Source: Bacteroidales bacterium (GTDB lineage Bacteria; Bacteroidota; Bacteroidia; Bacteroidales; UBA7960). Taken from it: 60,924 bases of DNA. Positions 56,385 to 60,924 of this stretch are shown in pieces. Within the stretch, counting starts at the first letter, position 1. Every line of letters begins with the position of its first letter. The position numbers were made by a program, and so were the translations under genes. A model generated the notes under the pieces. It saw nothing but the letters and a program-made list of their open reading frames with translations. It was not told where the DNA came from and searched no databases. The DNA is taken from NCBI GenBank assembly GCA_041690235.1, contig JAWLHS010000002.1, forward strand, positions 1-60,924. Direction: 5' to 3'.

Positions 56385-58727
56385 TTATTTACCCTTTTTT
56401 CGGGCGGTTGTTTTTTTTGTTGTACGCGGTTTTTTCCCTGGGGTTGCCCCTGCAATGATTTTTATGCAATCTTCGTAAGAAAGTTTTTCCGGATCCACCG
56501 TTTTTGGAATCCTGTGGTTTTTTCCGGAGGCTGCAATGTAAGCGCCCCATCTCCCTTTCAGTACTTTCACATCCGGGGATTCACTGAATTCCCGGATTAC
56601 CCGTTCGCGGTCTTTCCGGCGCTTGTCTTCAATGAGCCCGATCGCTGTGTCGGCCTTGATTGTTAAAGGGTCTTCAGTTTTGGGGATAGACACAAACTGA
56701 CCGTCGTGGCGGATATAGGGCCCGAAGCGGCCGACGGCAGCGACCATTTCCTTTCCTTCATATTCACCCACCGTTCTCGGAAGCTTAAACAAATCCAGGG
56801 CCTCCTCCAGGGTGACGGTCTCCAGGCTTTGGTCTTTGCGCAATCCGGCAAATTGCGGCTTTTCTTCCTTGTCGGCTTCCCCGATCTGCACCATGGCACC
56901 GAAGCGGCCAATTTTCGCGTAAATATTCCTTCCCGTCCTGGGATCCTTGCCCAGCAGACGCTCACCGCTGAACCTCTCGGAAGTTTTCAGGGTTTCTTCC
57001 ACCCTGTTGTGGAACGGTCCGTAAAATTCCCGGATGACTTTATTCCATGATTTCCTGCCAAGGGAAATCTCGTCGAACTCCTTTTCCACGCTGGCGGTAA
57101 AGTTGTAATCCATAATCTCCTCAAAGTACTCCATCAGGAAATTGTTGACCACTACGCCGATGTCGGTCGGGAACAACTTGTTCTTTTCTGCCCCGGTGGT
57201 TTCGGACTTCTGGCTGCTTCCAATGGTATCTTTTTTCAGCACCATATGCTCATAGGCTCTTTGCTCTCCCTCACGGTTTTCCTTGACCACGTATTCTCTT
57301 TTTTGGATGGTGCTGATGGTCGGTGCGAAGGTGGAGGGCCGTCCGATTCCCAACTCTTCCAGTTTTTTCACCAGGCTGGCTTCTGTATAACGGGGGGGGT
57401 GCTTGGAAAAGCGTTGAATGGCTGTAATCTCATTCAGGGGCAATTCCTGTTTGAGCTCCATGGGAGGCAGTATAGAGGCCGAGGCCTCTTCCTCGTCGTC
57501 GTCGGTCGACTCCAGGTAAACCTTCAGAAACCCATCGAAGCGGAGCACTTCCCCGGAAGCAGAAAAGTGCTCCTGGTTGGTGGAGACCCCGATATCCACA
57601 GTGGTTTTTTCCAGCAGGGCATCGCTCATCTGGGAGGCGATGGTGCGCTTCCAGATCAATTCGTAAAGCCTTTGCTCGCCGGCGTCGCTGCCCGCCTGGG
57701 TCACATTCATGTAAGTAGGGCGAATGGCCTCATGGGCCTCCTGGGCCCCTTTTGTCTTGGCGGCAAACTTTCTTATTTTAACATATTCGGGGCCGAAGGT
57801 TTTCTCGATCTCTGCCTTGGCCATGCCAATGACGGTGGAGGACAGGTTTAAGGAATCGGTTCGCATATAGGTGATTTTTCCCGATTCGTAAAGTTTCTGA
57901 GCCAGGGTCATGGTGCGGGAAACAGAAAAGCCCAACTTGCGGCTGGCCTCTTGTTGCAGGGTAGAGGTTGTAAAGGGCGGGGCGGGGGTCTTTTTGGCCG
58001 GTTTCGTTTCGATGTTTTCGACCGTGAATCGTGCGCCCTTGCAAGACTCCAAAAAATCCCGTGCGTCTTTTTGATGGGCAAACCGCCGGGGCAGCTCGGC
58101 CTTGACAATGACCATTTGACCATTATGTTCCACATCAAAGTAGGCAGTCACCTTGTACGAGGAGCTGACTTTGAATCCCTGGATCTCTTTTTCCCGTTCA
58201 ACGATCAGCCGCACAGCCACAGACTGGACACGCCCAGCCGACAATGCCGGTTTGACTTTTTTCCAGAGCAGGGGCGAGAGCTCAAATCCCACCAAACGGT
58301 CAAGCACCCTTCGTGCCTGTTGCGCATCGACCAGGTTAATGTCGATCAGGCGCGGACTTTCGATGGCCTTCAGAATGGCCTGCCTGGTGATTTCATGAAA
58401 CGCAATGCGCCTGTATCTCGAGGCTTCAAGGCCCAGGCTTTCGGCAAGATGCCATGAAATGGCCTCTCCTTCGCGGTCTTCATCAGTAGCCAGCCATACA
58501 ATATCGGCCTGTTTTGATAATTTTTTCAGCTCGCTTACCACTGTTTTTTTGTCGGACGGAATCTCGTATTCCGGTTCGAAATCCTTTTCAATGCTGACGC
58601 CAAGGGTCGACTTTGGAAGGTCGCGGACGTGCCCGTAGCTGGACTTAACTGCATAATCCTTTCCAAGGAAACCTTCAATGGTTTTTGCCTTGGCCGGGGA
58701 TTCGACAATGACCAGATTTTTTGCCAT
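56385..58727 (-). CDS. topA: DNA topoisomerase I
   Basis: TOPRIM N-terminus MAKNLVIVESPAKAKTIEGFLG, DEDREGEAISWH, and an active-site region with GKITYMRTDS. Length is 780 aa. Confidence 0.96.
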   Translation of the reverse strand: MAKNLVIVESPAKAKTIEGFLGKDYAVKSSYGHVRDLPKSTLGVSIEKDFEPEYEIPSDKKTVVSELKKLSKQADIVWLATDEDREGEAISWHLAESLGLEASRYRRIAFHEITRQAILKAIESPRLIDINLVDAQQARRVLDRLVGFELSPLLWKKVKPALSAGRVQSVAVRLIVEREKEIQGFKVSSSYKVTAYFDVEHNGQMVIVKAELPRRFAHQKDARDFLESCKGARFTVENIETKPAKKTPAPPFTTSTLQQEASRKLGFSVSRTMTLAQKLYESGKITYMRTDSLNLSSTVIGMAKAEIEKTFGPEYVKIRKFAAKTKGAQEAHEAIRPTYMNVTQAGSDAGEQRLYELIWKRTIASQMSDALLEKTTVDIGVSTNQEHFSASGEVLRFDGFLKVYLESTDDDEEEASASILPPMELKQELPLNEITAIQRFSKHPPRYTEASLVKKLEELGIGRPSTFAPTISTIQKREYVVKENREGEQRAYEHMVLKKDTIGSSQKSETTGAEKNKLFPTDIGVVVNNFLMEYFEEIMDYNFTASVEKEFDEISLGRKSWNKVIREFYGPFHNRVEETLKTSERFSGERLLGKDPRTGRNIYAKIGRFGAMVQIGEADKEEKPQFAGLRKDQSLETVTLEEALDLFKLPRTVGEYEGKEMVAAVGRFGPYIRHDGQFVSIPKTEDPLTIKADTAIGLIEDKRRKDRERVIREFSESPDVKVLKGRWGAYIAASGKNHRIPKTVDPEKLSYEDCIKIIAGATPGKKPRTTKKTTARKKGK

Positions 58728-58904
58728 GGTGTTGTTTTTGAGGGGTCAAAAGTAAGCATTTTTCTTAATTTTGCTTTTAATTTGTCGGACAGGCCCATGG
58801 TTTTCACCCTTTCATTTGCCGGGCCGCCCATCATAAAACCTTGAATAAACGCATTTTCGGGATTCAGCACCAAATTGTCCGACGAATAATACAAAGCAAG
58901 ACAC

Positions 58905-60242
58905 ATGCAAAAAAAGATCTATATAGAGACCTATGGGTGTCAGATGAATTTCTCTGATAGTGAGATCGTGACATCCGTAATGACCGAACATAATTTTCAG
59001 ACCGTTGCCTCTTCGGGGGAGGCCGACGTGATTTTTTTAAATACCTGCTCCATTCGTGACAATGCCGAACAGCGTGTGCTGAACCGCTTAAAGCAACTGC
59101 AGGCCTTGCGCAAGGCAAAGCCAGGATTGATTATCGGAGTACTCGGATGCATGGCGGAGCGATTGAAGGGGGCCCTGCTTGAGGAGCAGTCGCTGGGCAT
59201 GCGGATCGATATGGTGGTCGGACCTGATGCATACCGCGATTTGCCGCAGTTGATGCTGGATGCGGAGACTGGTCAGAAGGCGGTCAATGTCTTGCTTTCT
59301 GCGGAAGAGACCTATGCCGACATAACCCCGGTAAGGGTGGCATCGGGGGGGGTGTCGGCCTTTATCTCCATCATGCGCGGTTGCGAAAACTTTTGTTCCT
59401 ATTGCGTTGTCCCCTATACCCGCGGAAAGGAGCGAAGCCGTCATCCGGCCAGCATCATCTCAGAGGCCGCACAATTGCTTGGCAGCGGTTACCGGGAGGT
59501 GACCCTGCTTGGACAGAACGTGAACTCCTATCGCTGGGAAGAGCAGGGGACCGGTGCAGCGATGGGGTTCCCGGAGCTTCTTGCAGAAATCGCCGCCATT
59601 GATCCGGGATTGAGGGTGCGCTTTGCCACCTCCCACCCCAAAGACCTGTCGGATGAGCTTCTGGAGGTGATGGCCCGCTTTCCGAATTGCTGCAGGTCCA
59701 TCCACCTCCCTGTTCAGTCGGGCAGCACCTCTGTGCTAAAGAGAATGAACCGGAAATACAGCAGGGAAGACTATATGGAACGCATCAGGGCCATACGGCG
59801 GATCCTGCCCGGCTGTGCCATTTCGACCGATATCATATGTGGTTTTTGCGGTGAGACCGGTGAGGAGTTCCGGGAAACCCTTGATTTGATGGAGTGGGCA
59901 CAGTTCGACTTTGCATTTATGTTCAAATATTCAGAACGCCCCGGAACCCCGGCGGCTAAGAAATACCCGGATGATGTACCTGAAGCGGTCAAGACCAGCC
60001 GACTGGAGTCTGTAATCGGTTTGCAGCAAAAACTTTCCCTGGCAAGCAACCAGCGTGATGTTGACAAGGTTTTTGAAGTGCTGGCGGAGGGACCCTCCAA
60101 GCGCTCCCGGGATCATATGTCGGGAAGAAACCCGCAGAACAAGGTGGTGGTCTTTCCGAACCAGGGATTTGGTCCGGGGGACTATGTGAAGGTGAAGGTC
60201 ACCAGCTGCAGTTCGGCTACCCTGAAGGGAATTCCTGTGTAG
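58905..60242 (+). CDS. miaB: tRNA-2-methylthio-N6-dimethylallyladenosine synthase
   Basis: N-terminal IETYGCQMNFSDSE, radical-SAM CxxxCxxC (GCENFCSYCVVPYTRG) and a C-terminal TRAM domain. Confidence 0.93.
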   Translation: MQKKIYIETYGCQMNFSDSEIVTSVMTEHNFQTVASSGEADVIFLNTCSIRDNAEQRVLNRLKQLQALRKAKPGLIIGVLGCMAERLKGALLEEQSLGMRIDMVVGPDAYRDLPQLMLDAETGQKAVNVLLSAEETYADITPVRVASGGVSAFISIMRGCENFCSYCVVPYTRGKERSRHPASIISEAAQLLGSGYREVTLLGQNVNSYRWEEQGTGAAMGFPELLAEIAAIDPGLRVRFATSHPKDLSDELLEVMARFPNCCRSIHLPVQSGSTSVLKRMNRKYSREDYMERIRAIRRILPGCAISTDIICGFCGETGEEFRETLDLMEWAQFDFAFMFKYSERPGTPAAKKYPDDVPEAVKTSRLESVIGLQQKLSLASNQRDVDKVFEVLAEGPSKRSRDHMSGRNPQNKVVVFPNQGFGPGDYVKVKVTSCSSATLKGIPV

Positions 60243-60302
60243 AGGGGGGGTCGGCGCACCGGTTTTATGATCATTCCGGCCGGTCAGACCTTGTCCGCCG
60301 GA

Positions 60303-60924
60303 TCATTTCGGTTGTTTCTTTCCCAGGTAGGCTTCTGCATAAACCAGGTCTGAGGGCGTGGTGATTTTGATGTTTTCCTTATTTCCTTCAATCAAATACA
60401 GGCGGTGTCCGTCGGCCTCCAGAACGGTGGCATCGTCCGTAAACCTTTCCTCAAAGTTCCGGTTGTAGGCTTTTTTAATCAGATCGGCCCTGAAACATTG
60501 CGGGGTTTGTACCATGCGGACGCTGTTCCGTGAGAGGGGTGTGCTCATCGCATTTTCGACCATTCTGACCGAATCGGCAGGGGCGACCACCGGAATGGCA
60601 TTTCCAAATTGTGAGGCAAAGTGAAATGCCCTGGATATGGTGTCCAGCGAAACCAGGGGTCTGACCCCGTCGTGTATAGCCACCAGGGCATCGGGGGGGA
60701 TGAACCTCAGGCCGTTTTTTACTGAATGAAACCGTGTGGGGCCGCTGATGGCCAGTTGATGGGAAACCTGGAAATGGTGGGTTTCACAAAGCGCTTTCCA
60801 GGTCGCAAAGGCTTCTTCAGGGATTACCAAAACAAAGGCGATATCGGGGGCGTAGCTGAGAAAGGCCTTCATACAATGCATCAGGACCGGTGATCCGGCC
60901 AGGGGGAGAAATTGTTTTTGGATG
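60303..60924 (-). CDS. ispD: 2-C-methyl-D-erythritol 4-phosphate cytidylyltransferase, partial (N-terminus beyond the window)
   Basis: The ORF stays open to the window end (…IQKQFLPLAGSPVLMHCMKAF…). VAIHDGVRP, VQTPQCF and DDATVLE motifs of IspD are present. Confidence 0.88.
   Translation of the reverse strand, partial: IQKQFLPLAGSPVLMHCMKAFLSYAPDIAFVLVIPEEAFATWKALCETHHFQVSHQLAISGPTRFHSVKNGLRFIPPDALVAIHDGVRPLVSLDTISRAFHFASQFGNAIPVVAPADSVRMVENAMSTPLSRNSVRMVQTPQCFRADLIKKAYNRNFEERFTDDATVLEADGHRLYLIEGNKENIKITTPSDLVYAEAYLGKKQPK

Noticed and set aside
58784-58881. 8-bp inverted repeat gtcggaca / tgtccgac in the divergent topA-miaB intergenic region as a possible operator pair
   Set aside because: It is only 8 bp and the copies are about 85 bp apart. 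A chance occurrence in a 177-bp spacer is not unlikely, and there is no supporting regulator gene nearby.

Overview
The window is a densely packed chromosomal segment, almost certainly from a Bacteroidota bacterium. Supporting evidence: a porP/sprF-gldK-gldL-gldM-gldN type IX secretion/gliding core, proteins with T9SS-type C-terminal sorting domains, an IPExxxVDY-family gene next to rnc, and mostly A-rich leaders without Shine-Dalgarno sequences. I can support about 50 protein-coding genes. Most are housekeeping: mazG, rnc, fabF, acpP, purN, glyQS, asd, pheT, rbfA, topA, miaB, ispD, a polyprenyl synthase, and class I plus class II fumarases. There is also a 7-gene TetR-TolC-HlyD-ABC(2 ATPases)-ABC2(2 permeases) efflux operon. 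By eye I found no rRNA, tRNA, CRISPR array, transposase, integrase or obvious pseudogene. Five things stand out. (1) A single 1,723-aa ORF fuses an SLC12/CCC-type cation-chloride cotransporter to a long helical region and a C-terminal P-loop AAA+/winged-helix module. It overlaps a 236-aa mini-MscS gene by ATGA and is divergent from a 553-aa MscS gene. (2) A two-gene family-1 encapsulin nanocompartment operon has an encapsulated-ferritin cargo carrying a C-terminal targeting peptide. (3) A GC-rich block of direct and inverted repeats lies between purN and a lipoprotein metallopeptidase gene. (4) Two tandem paralogous membrane-anchored coiled-coil genes sit upstream of pheT. (5) Two large putative T9SS cargo proteins are present: a 1,385-aa C25 cysteine peptidase and an internally duplicated lamin-tail-domain protein. 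All functional calls rest on motifs recognised by eye in the supplied translations. Start codons are often ambiguous, and no database search or computation was run.
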